Source: Oligoflexus sp. (lineage in GTDB: Bacteria; Bdellovibrionota_B; Oligoflexia; Oligoflexales; Oligoflexaceae). From it: DNA of 64,000 nt. The position numbers were made by a program, and so were the translations under genes. Position 1 is the stretch's first letter. Every line of letters begins with the position of its first letter. The stretch lies in NCBI GenBank assembly GCA_041736645.1, contig JBGSTF010000129.1:49466-113465 (forward strand), given 5' to 3'. The notes under the pieces are model-generated. The model worked only from the letters and a program-made list of their open reading frames with translations. It did no database searches and was not told where the DNA came from. Positions 19,084 through 29,410 of this stretch are shown here, one piece after another.

Positions 19084-20176
19084 TGTTTGGCAGGCGCATC
19101 CAAGCCAGAGCAAGCGGGCCTTGACCTATTGCTTTATTTACCTGTTTCCTGTGTTGGTCGTGTTAGGCTTCTATCTGACCGGAGTCTTCAACTACCTGAC
19201 TCTCTTCGCCGGGTATATTCTGGTGCCGATCGGCGATCTGGTTATTGGTTCCAGCGACAAAAATCTTGCCAAAGATGACGAAAAAGTTGCCACTCAAGCT
19301 GCCATTTACCGCTACCTGACCTACGCAGCTGCTCCCATTATTGTGGCTCTTGTCATCTGGTCATGTTGGGTGGTGAGCACCCAGTCCCTTCTTTGGTATG
19401 AGTATGTGGGCTTTGTCCTGTCGGTCGCTTTGGTATCGGGCGGTATAGGCTTGACGGTTGCTCATGAGCAATGCCACAAGCTCAACACAATGGACCTGTT
19501 TCTGGCGCGCATGACATTGATGTGCACCTGCTACATGCACTTTATGATCGAGCATGTTTACGGACATCATGCGCGAGTGGCTACCAAAGATGATCCTGCC
19601 ACAGCTAGGTTGGGTCAAAACCTCTACCAATTCTATTTTCGATCGGTTTTCGGCGGCTACGTGAGTGCCTGGAAAATTGAACTCAATCGATTGAAAAAGC
19701 GGCGTTTGGGTTTTTGGACTCTGCGCAATCAGATGCTTTGGTACACAATAGTTCCTCTCCTCTTCATGAGCTTCATTACGGCTGCTTTTGGAATGGCTGG
19801 TTTGTTGTTTTTTATTCTGCAAGCGATCGCGGGCTTTAGCTATCTTGAAGTCATCAACTATATAGAGCACTATGGGTTGGAACGCCGAATGACAGCGCAG
19901 GGAACCTACGAAAAAGTGAAGCCCTTCCATTCCTGGAATAGCGATCACGTCCTCTCTAACTATCTGCTTTTTGGTTTGCCGCGACATTCGGACCATCATG
20001 CCCATGCCTTGCGCAAGTACCAGATTTTGCGCTCCATGGCAGGTGCCCCACAGTTACCTTTTGGTTACCCTATGATGCTGCCGATTGCTTTCTTTCCGAG
20101 TCTGTGGCGTCGCATCATGGATCCGCGAGTCGCCGAGGCTAGATTGCTTTTAAGTCGTCAAGCTTTGGACGAATGA
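19076..20176 (+). CDS. AlkB-family integral-membrane alkane/fatty-acid hydroxylase (alkane 1-monooxygenase-like)
   Basis: His boxes HEQCHK, EHVYGHH, NYIEHYG and RHSDHHAHA are present. The ATG at 19076 overlaps the tetR stop by 8 nt. Confidence 0.85.
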   Translation: MNNVWQAHPSQSKRALTYCFIYLFPVLVVLGFYLTGVFNYLTLFAGYILVPIGDLVIGSSDKNLAKDDEKVATQAAIYRYLTYAAAPIIVALVIWSCWVVSTQSLLWYEYVGFVLSVALVSGGIGLTVAHEQCHKLNTMDLFLARMTLMCTCYMHFMIEHVYGHHARVATKDDPATARLGQNLYQFYFRSVFGGYVSAWKIELNRLKKRRLGFWTLRNQMLWYTIVPLLFMSFITAAFGMAGLLFFILQAIAGFSYLEVINYIEHYGLERRMTAQGTYEKVKPFHSWNSDHVLSNYLLFGLPRHSDHHAHALRKYQILRSMAGAPQLPFGYPMMLPIAFFPSLWRRIMDPRVAEARLLLSRQALDE

Positions 20177-20196
20177 TCTCACTCTTTGGCGCATTT

Positions 20197-22935
20197 TTAC
20201 GCCACTTCTGCTGATTTCCTGGCGCTCTGGTAGAAGCTGGCGATCACTTTGGTTCCGCCCATGATTTCATCAGGGCGAATGTGCAACTCGCCTTGCGCCG
20301 CTTGGCAAAGGCTGGCCATTGCTGAGAGTCCAAGTCCCCGTCCACTTCTTTCCGTCACCAGGGTGGCGGTGGATAGACCGCCTTGGAGGAGTAGCTCGTA
20401 GAGCTGGTCATCGCTACGATCTACGATGCCTTTTTGTTGAGCTTTTTCTCGCAGTGAATTCACATCCAGCCCATATCCATTGTCACTGAACGTGAATTGA
20501 AGATGATCGCCGTTGCGACGGGCAACAATGACCAACTGAATGACTTTAGGGACCGACCACAATCTCAGCCTGGGCAGGACGAAGCCATGATCCAAACAGT
20601 TGTTGAGGGCATGCAGAGTCAGAGCTCGGACAAATTCCTTGGCCTCCGGCGACCAATCTTGAAAGCTATCTTCGAGAACCAAACGGCCCAATTCAAAGCC
20701 TTCATGGCGAAGGTTCTTGATGAATTCATGCAATGGTTCCGCTAGAATTTCACCCAGGATCTGGCTGTGCAAACGCTGGTTGGTCCCCTGCTGAAATTCT
20801 TTGAGTATCTGGCTATACTCCGCGATCAGTTGTACAAGCAACTGAAGCTTTTGCCTGGCTTGGCCTTCAATCTCCACTGTTCCCTGAGTAATAAGATCTT
20901 CGAGCTGATGCGTCTCCAGGACGATCTCTTGAAATTGCATGGAGCGCGCCAAGCCCTTGAGCGTATGGAGATTCTTGCGCAGTTCAGCATGATTTCGGCC
21001 TGTTTCGGCTGCAATCTGCAAACTTTTCGCAAAGTGATCAAGTTCCGTCTGCAGATGCGACCATTGTGAAGGAGCCAGGTTCAGTAACTGAATGATATGA
21101 GTATTTTTTCGTTTGACAGAATCCTGGAGAACCTTGACCGACTGATTGAGCTTTTTGGTTTCGGTGATATCTCGAACGCACAAGACAATGAGTGTGACTT
21201 GGTCTTTATCGGTGCAGATTGGTTGCCAGGTCAAACCAAGAGTGCGGTGAGAATGCATAAGGCTCAGTTCTTTCGGGAGTGCTTCGACATTGAGTTCCCA
21301 GGTACTAAGGTCTTCGCCCAAGACAGCTTGTAGAACGTTATAGATCTGTGTTTGCTCGGATTGGGGAAGGTGACTCAGGCGAATCAATCGAGCCAAGAGA
21401 TCTTCATAAGGGACGGCTCGGTCTTCCTCTTTGAGAATGGCATCCAAATAGGGAGAGATCTGGGTCTCGATTTTCATTCTTTGATTGATACTGACGATAC
21501 CTTCCTCGATGCTGTTGAGGACGTAGCGTAGCTCCTGATGGGTGTGCTGAATTTCTTGGTGCTGACGATACATGTGAGCCGCGGCAATGATCAGAGATAG
21601 CGAGAGGAAGGTCAATCCAAGGAGTAACCAACGCTCCTGTTCGGACTGCTTGATGCGCTCCCTTTGCATAGCATTCTGCTGAGCCAGGATATGGTTTTTT
21701 TGCTCTTCAATCGTCAAACCCAGGTTGACTTTCAGGCGATTCAGATCGTTATTCCTCTCCTGCTCCACCACCTCCTGCTGAAGTTTTTTGGCACGAAGTT
21801 GGGCTTCGTAAGCTTTGTTGTCCAGACGAAGTTGATGATAGGCACGTGCTCGAATGTCCTCTAAGTCCAGGAGAAAGCTTTTGTCTTCGACCGCTTCCGG
21901 TAGACTCGCTCTGTCGGCAGCCTGCAAAGCATCCAAAGGTTTTTGCAGACCTAGGTCGTTTTCTGCTTTCTTCCTCCAGACATCAGCCACGCCCACTTCG
22001 GCGTGAGGTAGTTTTTCAAAGATTGCCAGTGCCTGCTCTAAGAGCAGATTCGATTCCTGATACTTTTGTTCAAGAAAGCGCACGAAAGCCAAACCTTTCA
22101 AGGCGACGGCCTGTAAAAGGGCATTGCTCAAGACCTGAGACAGTTGCAGAGTCTCCTGATAGGCGAGGGCGGCTGCGGGAAGTTTGTGTCGCCTAGCGAG
22201 GGATTGGGCATAGTTATGAGACACGGACGCAATGCCAAAGGTCACCCCTTTCTTGCGAAGCCGCTGCAGGACTTCAGCATAGATACGGTCGGATTGCTCA
22301 GAATCTCCTTTGAAATCGAGGAGCATGGCAATCGTATTTCGAGTCGAAAGAACAAAGTTATCATCTTCTTCCAGCTGATGGCCCACAAAGCTTAGGGCCT
22401 TCTGACAATGCAAAATAGCATTTTCATACTCGCCACGGTTGTGTTCCCAGAAGCTTAAATTCTCATTGAAATACAAAACCAAAAGAGGAGCCCGGAGCGC
22501 CATCGCGCGATCTATGGCTTCCAAATAAAGACTGCGAAAGGCGTCCGGCTGAGGATTGCGTTCCTGGGCCATAGCCCGCAGACGAAGGGAGATATCCAAA
22601 AGAAGTTCGGCTATCGGATCTTGTAGTTTTTTAAGCTTTTGCTCGAGCTCTGAATAGGGAATCTGAAGGACGGCATATTCACTTTCATCCCGTTCGTCGA
22701 GTATGAAGTAACTGAGCGATTGGATTTGTTTGCTCAGATCGTTCTCAGCAACTCCCTGGCGAAAGATTCTATCAGCGAGTTCATAAGCGGCTTCTGGGCC
22801 TCTTAGTGCCTTGAGATCGTAGAAGCTTTGCAGTTCTTTCAAAGACCGAGACCTCACCTGGGCAACGCCAGCGGCGCCGAACCATAAGTTCAGATGCATA
22901 AAGATCAGGATGGTGGTAACCATTCTTCGAAGCAA
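20197..22935 (-). CDS. TPR-repeat sensor kinase, CheA-like. It has a signal peptide or TM, TPR repeats, a TM segment, an HPt domain (LHTLKGLARSMQF) and an HATPase_c (GRGLGLS..GGTKV).
   Basis: Assignment is by motif order, with no H-box. It is convergent with the alkB-like gene, 20 bp apart. Confidence 0.8.
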   Translation of the reverse strand: MLRRMVTTILIFMHLNLWFGAAGVAQVRSRSLKELQSFYDLKALRGPEAAYELADRIFRQGVAENDLSKQIQSLSYFILDERDESEYAVLQIPYSELEQKLKKLQDPIAELLLDISLRLRAMAQERNPQPDAFRSLYLEAIDRAMALRAPLLVLYFNENLSFWEHNRGEYENAILHCQKALSFVGHQLEEDDNFVLSTRNTIAMLLDFKGDSEQSDRIYAEVLQRLRKKGVTFGIASVSHNYAQSLARRHKLPAAALAYQETLQLSQVLSNALLQAVALKGLAFVRFLEQKYQESNLLLEQALAIFEKLPHAEVGVADVWRKKAENDLGLQKPLDALQAADRASLPEAVEDKSFLLDLEDIRARAYHQLRLDNKAYEAQLRAKKLQQEVVEQERNNDLNRLKVNLGLTIEEQKNHILAQQNAMQRERIKQSEQERWLLLGLTFLSLSLIIAAAHMYRQHQEIQHTHQELRYVLNSIEEGIVSINQRMKIETQISPYLDAILKEEDRAVPYEDLLARLIRLSHLPQSEQTQIYNVLQAVLGEDLSTWELNVEALPKELSLMHSHRTLGLTWQPICTDKDQVTLIVLCVRDITETKKLNQSVKVLQDSVKRKNTHIIQLLNLAPSQWSHLQTELDHFAKSLQIAAETGRNHAELRKNLHTLKGLARSMQFQEIVLETHQLEDLITQGTVEIEGQARQKLQLLVQLIAEYSQILKEFQQGTNQRLHSQILGEILAEPLHEFIKNLRHEGFELGRLVLEDSFQDWSPEAKEFVRALTLHALNNCLDHGFVLPRLRLWSVPKVIQLVIVARRNGDHLQFTFSDNGYGLDVNSLREKAQQKGIVDRSDDQLYELLLQGGLSTATLVTERSGRGLGLSAMASLCQAAQGELHIRPDEIMGGTKVIASFYQSARKSAEVA

Positions 22936-23224
22936 GCCGAGACCCCAGATAAAAGTGATAGTCCTGCTTTTATGTCTTCGGATGATAGATCGAGCTGATC
23001 AAGCCGCTGACTGGGCAAATGGGAAGCTGCAGCCGTTGCCCGGTTTCTAGTTCCGACCTTGGCTTTTTCATCCCATAGGGCCTCATAGCAGCTTAAAAGA
23101 ATATTTTCGTGGACTTATAACGAACTGATATAAATGGCAAATTGAGCTTTTGTAAAAAACCCTGCAGGTTTTGTCCTTGGGGGCCGAATTCCTCTTTGAC
23201 CCATTACCCGAGGAGTCAGAGGCG

Positions 23225-25600
23225 ATGAAACGCGCACCCCGAAAGATGCTTTCATGGATTTTACTCAGTGCTTTGGTTTCTTTGGCGAGCGCTTGCAACC
23301 AATCAGGTGCGGCGCGGAATTCCAATACGGGCTCGGGAGCTGCCGGGACCCCGACCAGCGGAACGGGAAGCACTGTTCCTGCGGGGACCGGGACAGCGGC
23401 GAGTTTAGCTATCGAAGATCTTAAAGTCACCAGCCTTTACACTAAAGAAGCTGCAGAGAATACCTGCGCTTCGTTTACTGTGCGTTCTTTGGATGCCCTT
23501 GGTGCTGCCGTCGCCGATGTGCGCGTGACGCTGGAAGTTCAGGGTTCGGCTGGGATGGAAGACAAAGGCAAGGCCACACCTGATACAGGCCTGACCGATG
23601 CAACGGGATCGTTAGCAGCCACATACTGCAGTGGTACCAATGAAGGAAGTGCACTTGTGTTGGCCAAAGCGGGAGCGGTGCAAGTGAATTCCGCAAAAAT
23701 TGCCGTGGCCAAGAAACCAAGCTACTCCTTCACCTATCTTCGTTCCGATGTCGATCCCGCCCTGACTCCGGCAGATGGAGCCGCTGCCGACGCATCAGTC
23801 CTATATTTGAATCTTTTAGATTCGGGTCCTCAAGACTGCACTAACATTTACTTTAAGCTCACCAAATCAGGCGCGCCCCTTGTTGGTGAATCCATCAAAT
23901 TCAGCACCCAACCCGATTTTCCAAAGGGCGCGAAGCTTGCAAAACGCGATGCTGCGCTGGTGACTGAAGTTGACAAATTAACGAGCAAGAAAATTGCTAT
24001 CAGTACTTCAATCAGTTCAGGATCCGGCGAGTTCGCAGTTCCCGTCTGTGCCGGTGTGAGCCTCGGTACTCTCTTGGTCTCTGGAACCTATGTGGATGCC
24101 GAGGGACGGAACTTTACCGCGAAATCGCCGGTTATACGTATTACGGCTGGTTTGACGAACTTCATCAATATGTCACTCACCTTCGATTCGATCAATGGGC
24201 GAACGCTCAAAGCTTACTACAACACGAACAGTGACTATGAGCTTCCCGTACAGGTCCAATTGGGTGCTAGGCAAGATGGACAGCCGATAACCGACTATCC
24301 GGTGTTTGTAGCTTCGGAAGTGGGGAAGATAACGATCGCTAACGGTGGAACGCCTGATAAGGAAAAAGGTACGGTCGACTTCAAAATGCGAGCGTTGAGT
24401 CTGGTCGACAACTATCCGCACGCCATCACCAGCTATACCGGATTCACTGCGGCTCAGACGCGATGCGAACCGACTGAACTCGCCGCCTGGGCCACTGCCA
24501 ATGGCAAAACTGAAGTTCTTTATAAAGACCTGAGGCAAAATTGGCGATCGACCTTGGTCTATGGAATTCGTGGCCAGGAATCCTATCGAGACGCCAATCA
24601 TAATGGTGTGTATGACGTCGGAGGTGATGGCTTTTGGGATAAAAACTTGAATGGAGTTTATGATGCTGGCGATGTCCTGACCTATGATGCCGGCAACGAT
24701 GGATTGTTTAACCCAAACGGCGAATGGTTCATCGATTTGCCAACACCCTTCATTGACGTCGACGAAGATGGTGCCTACGATGCCAGCAAAGATATTCTGA
24801 TCGGCGATGAGTACCAGGTTCCCAATGGCAAGCGCGACAACGATACCATGATATGGAAGCGCGAGTTTATGCCGATTTCTATGGGGCCTTCGAACTATGG
24901 CCTGTTGCGCAACAGAGTGCAAGCTGCTGGCTATGCCTTGAAAGATGACACAGTCACGTACTCCGGTAAGCCGTATCCGCTCTTTACCAGCCAGGTGATC
25001 AATGAGCCCGTGATCTTTGCTCCAGGCAATATCACGACAGCGGCGGCAAAAACCTATCAATCTTTGCTGTTTTTGCATGATCTATGCGGCAATCTCCTGC
25101 CCGGAGGTACGGAAATTAAGATAGACTTCGTTGATATCGATCATACCCCTGAATGGGGAACGCGTTCGCCCATTGGACTTTTCTATGTCCAACCCAGTGA
25201 TGATCTCTTGGAGCCATCGAGGCGTCTTTTGAATAACGATGCGACAGCGAGCACGGCAAAAATCAATTTCAATGTGGTGGATCATCCGGCCAGCGCCTTG
25301 TCCTATCCGGTTGTCAGTTCCATCGAGATACCTGCCTGCGCGACGGCTTGCACAGGTTATATCGATCCAGATCCAATCTACCGCCCTCAGGTTTCCTGCG
25401 ACGGCTTTTCTGGGTTTGCCCGTATTAGCGTTACCGAGCCTAAGCTGGACAAATACGAAGCTGCCGCTCGCGTTGAATTGCGAACTCGTTTATCCTACTC
25501 ATCTTATAGCACCTGCACGTGCGTTTCGGGAGCGACTGAGTTGAAAGGGGCTTGCGTGTGCGACGAAGGAAAGTCGTTCTCAGCAGGGCGATGCCAATAG
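23225..25600 (+). CDS. large secreted or cell-surface lipoprotein with Ig-like regions and calcium-binding D-x-D-x-DG repeats (thrombospondin-type-3-like)
   Basis: A lipoprotein signal (LVSLASAC) follows an ATG with a GAGGAG RBS. Repeats such as NGVYDVGGDG, NGVYDAGD and DVDEDGAYD are present. Confidence 0.65.
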   Translation: MKRAPRKMLSWILLSALVSLASACNQSGAARNSNTGSGAAGTPTSGTGSTVPAGTGTAASLAIEDLKVTSLYTKEAAENTCASFTVRSLDALGAAVADVRVTLEVQGSAGMEDKGKATPDTGLTDATGSLAATYCSGTNEGSALVLAKAGAVQVNSAKIAVAKKPSYSFTYLRSDVDPALTPADGAAADASVLYLNLLDSGPQDCTNIYFKLTKSGAPLVGESIKFSTQPDFPKGAKLAKRDAALVTEVDKLTSKKIAISTSISSGSGEFAVPVCAGVSLGTLLVSGTYVDAEGRNFTAKSPVIRITAGLTNFINMSLTFDSINGRTLKAYYNTNSDYELPVQVQLGARQDGQPITDYPVFVASEVGKITIANGGTPDKEKGTVDFKMRALSLVDNYPHAITSYTGFTAAQTRCEPTELAAWATANGKTEVLYKDLRQNWRSTLVYGIRGQESYRDANHNGVYDVGGDGFWDKNLNGVYDAGDVLTYDAGNDGLFNPNGEWFIDLPTPFIDVDEDGAYDASKDILIGDEYQVPNGKRDNDTMIWKREFMPISMGPSNYGLLRNRVQAAGYALKDDTVTYSGKPYPLFTSQVINEPVIFAPGNITTAAAKTYQSLLFLHDLCGNLLPGGTEIKIDFVDIDHTPEWGTRSPIGLFYVQPSDDLLEPSRRLLNNDATASTAKINFNVVDHPASALSYPVVSSIEIPACATACTGYIDPDPIYRPQVSCDGFSGFARISVTEPKLDKYEAAARVELRTRLSYSSYSTCTCVSGATELKGACVCDEGKSFSAGRCQ

Positions 25601-25827
25601 CTTTCGTTTTGAGCAAAGCTTTGGCCTGGACAGCTGAATGAATCCGAAGTCATCCCTTGCGGTGGCTTCGGAGCTCAGTTTTAAGACTTCTTTACCCGTG
25701 ATAAGAATCAATTATTACAAATAGATATGAGGTTTTTCAGGAACGAAGGACGAGGTTCTGGTCAAGTCTGCAACTCTTTGGCCGATAGAAAAGGGAACCT
25801 GTTGCCTTGATTGAAGGTGGTCAGCCT

Positions 25828-26301
25828 ATGAGTCGCTGCGAATTTCGCTGGATCAACGATCGAACTCTGAAAATTTCAGGGACGATTGACGAGAATTTCT
25901 CGATCGATGAGGAATTGCCAAAATTCAAAGACGAAGTGTGGATCGATCTGCGTGATGTGGCTCGTATCAATAGCTGCGGCGTGCGGGAGTGGATCAAAGC
26001 TATTGTCAAAAACCAGTCGAAGATTCACTACATCAACTGCTCGTCAGTGATTGTGACTCAATTTTCCATGATACCTGAGTTTATCGGACGGAAGGGTATT
26101 GTTGATTCCTTTGAAACCCAGTTTGTTTGCCCGAGCTGTGGCCATGAAGATAGTATGATTCTGGTCGTCGGCAAAGATATTCAAGCTGGCCTGGAAACAT
26201 ACATGGAAAGTCCCGAGATGAAATGTACGGAGTGTGGTGAGCAGATGGAATGCGATCACAATCCCGAGCTCTATTTTTCTTTCCTATCCGAAGTTGCCTG
26301 A
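25828..26301 (+). CDS. STAS-like (anti-sigma-antagonist fold) domain fused to a C-terminal double-CxxC zinc ribbon
   Basis: The STAS-like pattern is LKISGTIDENF..VWIDLRDVARINSCGVREWIKAI. The two CxxC pairs are CPSCGHED..CTECGEQMEC. The ATG at 25828 has a GAAGGTGG RBS. Confidence 0.5.
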   Translation: MSRCEFRWINDRTLKISGTIDENFSIDEELPKFKDEVWIDLRDVARINSCGVREWIKAIVKNQSKIHYINCSSVIVTQFSMIPEFIGRKGIVDSFETQFVCPSCGHEDSMILVVGKDIQAGLETYMESPEMKCTECGEQMECDHNPELYFSFLSEVA

Positions 26302-26376
26302 GTCCCCTTGGAGCCTTCGTTCAACGTAAGCCCAGCTCATGATAGGGCCGGGCTTCAGTCGTTGTCATGTCTTGAA

Positions 26377-28527
26377 TTAAGCCTCTTTGACCTCATCTTC
26401 CAAAACAAGGCCACGGTGATAGTCTTTGACCAGTTTGCCGCGTGGAGTGAAGGTTAATTTCTTGCTGAGAAGGTCTTGGGCTTTACTTTCACCAATCGTG
26501 GTGCGGTAGATATTGATGAGGCAATAGTCGGCGCGGGTAATTTTATCGGCTGCCGCTAGGCTGGTTTCGATCTGCTTCATCTGCTCCATTTTCACTCGCT
26601 CATCTTTTTCGCTGATCGGCGGGTCGGATTTGAGGACGATAGGTTCCCCCGAATTCACCGCCGCGATGATACGCGTCTTGAGCGATTTGGCTTTGAGAAT
26701 CCTTTGGCGGTTGTGACTGCGTTCAGCCTCGGCCAGACTTTGCAGAGCATCCTCGAGCTGGTTGGCCCGAGTGAACCCTAAGCCTAAGTTGTAGTGAATG
26801 AGACTTCGCATTTCACTTTGCCCTTCAGGCAAAGATTCCAGAGTACGCTTGTAAAGTTCGACGCCTTCCTGAAAATTACCAACCCGAATGAGGGTAACCG
26901 CTCGATTATTCATGAAGGCTAAGATTTCTTTAAACGATTTGAGGCGACTGAGCAGCTTGCGCGCATTTTCAGTGTGGCCTCGCTTGATAGCGCCTTTAGC
27001 TGCGGTTTCGATGACCTCGGTGGCATCCTCGTCTATCGATTGCGCTTTGCTCATCATTTGGTCATAAGCTTGATCGTTGCCCTTTTCCAGGTGACACTCT
27101 GCCAGATTGCAAAGATGTGACACGTTGAGTGGAGAAATAAAGGAAACGTTGGAGAGACAGCGTATGGCCGCATCGAATTCTCTCAACTTCATCAGCGATT
27201 TGCCGAGAATTTCCATGCCCTCTTTTGAGCTTCCACCCATTTTGATAGCTTCCAATGCATGTTTTTTTGCATGTAAAAAGCAGCCGGAATCAAAGGCAAT
27301 TTGGCCCTCAATCAGCATTTTATCGGAGTCGAGCAAAGCTGGTAAGCTAAAATAGAGTTGTTTAAGCTTCTTTATTTCGGTCGTATCATGCCGCTTGGAT
27401 GCTAGGAGAAGCTTCTGCTTAATGACAAAGGGATCGGTTGGATTGGTATGCTGCTGCAAAGTCCATATAATGTCGCGGCTCAAACGTTGCGCATCGATGG
27501 GCTTTTGTAAGAGTCGGCTCGCACCAAGCTCGCTGATCAAGGGAACCTCTCGTTCCTCGATCGATTCATTGATGATGAGGAGCGGCAAATTCAGACCGAG
27601 ACGATTGCGTAATTTATATAGGAAAACAGGTCCTGGCAGATTCGGCAATTTCCACTCAGAAATAATCAGATCAACTTTGGGATTCTTCCGGAGCCACTTC
27701 ATGGCGCCCAAGGGATCCCGAAAACAGGTAATCTGCGCAAAACCCAGTTGTTTCAGGGTGATTTTCATCATATCCAAGGATTCAGGAGTTGGATCGACGA
27801 CGAGGCAACTTGCGAATCCAAAATGTTCAGCTAGAATAACTTCAGGGACTTCAGGCAGCTCATCACTTTCAAAGAACTCCTTGCTCAGCTCTTTAACTCT
27901 TTCAAGTTTACTGGACCCTGTCATACGAACTTGGTGAAGTAAAATGCGGCCGCTGTCCAATTCACCCATCAGAAGCATGGCATGAGCCAGTTCCAGCATA
28001 TAGTCCGCATTGCCCGGATAGATTTGTAGCAGTCCCGTAAAGAGGGATCTTAGATCGCCAAATTCGCGAGCTTCTTGCAGGTATTCATGGAGGTAGATAG
28101 CAGCGATTCGAGTAAAGTCACCTTCACAGATTTGAACCCTTTCCATCAGTTTTCTCAGCTCTGGAAGGCAAGCTTCTCGGGTCATTGCAAACTTATGGCA
28201 GGAAAAAGCGCCCATAGCAAAAGCCTTGGGCAGAAGCTCTTCGTCTTCATCACGAATTACCGAGACCTTGACATGCCTTAGGACTTGCTGCTGATTGATC
28301 ACATCAAGGAGTTGAAGAATCGAACAGTCATTGGCGTCTTGCAAAGGAGCGATAATCCAACCGACTTCCTCTGCTTCCATCATCTCGAGGCTGGTTTTAA
28401 TATCGCTCACGACGACGACATTGCTGAAGCCCAATTCTTTTAGCACCGAAGAGAGCAGCTGACGCTGAGAACTACTCGCCGAAATGGCGACGCAGCGCAT
28501 CTGTTTCTGTTCGAAGCGATTAGGCAA
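26377..28527 (-). CDS. TPR-repeat protein with two degenerate receiver-like domains
   Basis: The first receiver-like domain lacks the acidic pocket. The second has Glu at the phosphoacceptor position (DLIISEWKLPNLPG) and a conserved Lys (LLQKP). The C-terminal half carries TPR motifs. An alternative start at 28500 is possible. Confidence 0.7.
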   Translation of the reverse strand: MPNRFEQKQMRCVAISASSSQRQLLSSVLKELGFSNVVVVSDIKTSLEMMEAEEVGWIIAPLQDANDCSILQLLDVINQQQVLRHVKVSVIRDEDEELLPKAFAMGAFSCHKFAMTREACLPELRKLMERVQICEGDFTRIAAIYLHEYLQEAREFGDLRSLFTGLLQIYPGNADYMLELAHAMLLMGELDSGRILLHQVRMTGSSKLERVKELSKEFFESDELPEVPEVILAEHFGFASCLVVDPTPESLDMMKITLKQLGFAQITCFRDPLGAMKWLRKNPKVDLIISEWKLPNLPGPVFLYKLRNRLGLNLPLLIINESIEEREVPLISELGASRLLQKPIDAQRLSRDIIWTLQQHTNPTDPFVIKQKLLLASKRHDTTEIKKLKQLYFSLPALLDSDKMLIEGQIAFDSGCFLHAKKHALEAIKMGGSSKEGMEILGKSLMKLREFDAAIRCLSNVSFISPLNVSHLCNLAECHLEKGNDQAYDQMMSKAQSIDEDATEVIETAAKGAIKRGHTENARKLLSRLKSFKEILAFMNNRAVTLIRVGNFQEGVELYKRTLESLPEGQSEMRSLIHYNLGLGFTRANQLEDALQSLAEAERSHNRQRILKAKSLKTRIIAAVNSGEPIVLKSDPPISEKDERVKMEQMKQIETSLAAADKITRADYCLINIYRTTIGESKAQDLLSKKLTFTPRGKLVKDYHRGLVLEDEVKEA

Positions 28528-29182
28528 CGCTGTTTTTCCTTTCCAGAAGACGCTTCACGGTTTCGACGAGCGCATCCTGTCTCACGGGTTTCACCAGCCA
28601 TGCGTCAATCGCCAATTTTTTTCCCTCGGCGATCAGGGCTGGCTGGGAATAAGCGGTCATCACAACAATACGAGCGTTTTCGGCAAGCTTCATTCGGCGT
28701 AAGGTCTTTACGAATTGTAAACCATTTAATTTTGGCATCTTTAAATCAGTCACGATCAGGCGAATGTCGGGATGAGCCATTACTTTTTGCACGGCCTCTT
28801 CGCCATTGGCCGCATGAATGATTCGATAGCCGGCACTTTCCAACACTTCTGCCATGAGAGCACGAATTTCTTCTTCATCATCAGCCATCAAAACCTTGGG
28901 AGCCAATTCCAAACCGGCTCTTGTTTCCTGACTGATGCGAGAGGGAGCTCCTGGGTCTAGGTTCGAGTCCAGCCAGGACGCCTCAATTTTGCCTTCGTCG
29001 AGCAAAAGACGCAGCTTGTCGATGGCCAATTGCCGGCCAGCTTTGGCGGCCATTTGCCAATATTGCGCAGCTTTTCGATAGTCCTGGGCTCTTTCTATGC
29101 CAATTTCATAGAGAAAGGCCAGTGAGCATTGGGCCTCAGTGTCCCCTTCAGCCGCTTTGGTTTCGAGCTCAGCATCTGCCAT
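28520..29182 (-). CDS. response regulator with an N-terminal Sel1-like repeat and a canonical receiver domain
   Basis: VLMADDEEE..LIVTDLKMPKLNG..VMTA..LVKP. An AAGGA RBS precedes the start. It overlaps the downstream gene by 8 nt. Confidence 0.75.
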   Translation of the reverse strand: MADAELETKAAEGDTEAQCSLAFLYEIGIERAQDYRKAAQYWQMAAKAGRQLAIDKLRLLLDEGKIEASWLDSNLDPGAPSRISQETRAGLELAPKVLMADDEEEIRALMAEVLESAGYRIIHAANGEEAVQKVMAHPDIRLIVTDLKMPKLNGLQFVKTLRRMKLAENARIVVMTAYSQPALIAEGKKLAIDAWLVKPVRQDALVETVKRLLERKNSVA

Positions 29183-29410
29183 GGCAGGTCCTTCAGCTAA
29201 ATAGAAGATTTCGGTTAAGCTATCGGCAGTCCCGGCTCACACTTGACCACAATTCGCGAAGGGGAGCCGCAAATCCAGGATTGGAAAGCGCTCCAAAGTC
29301 TCGAAAAATCCAGATCAAAGCCGGATGTTTCCGCGCTTGAAAGGGTTGGTACTCGGCAGTGGATTGCTGTAGAACAGAAATGGTAATTGCAAGCTTGAGG
29401 GGGTTTTTCT

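Noticed and set aside
23083-23430. minus-strand 115-aa ORF
   Set aside because: It is antisense to the signal-peptide region of the large lipoprotein gene, and the plus-strand gene has a clear RBS.
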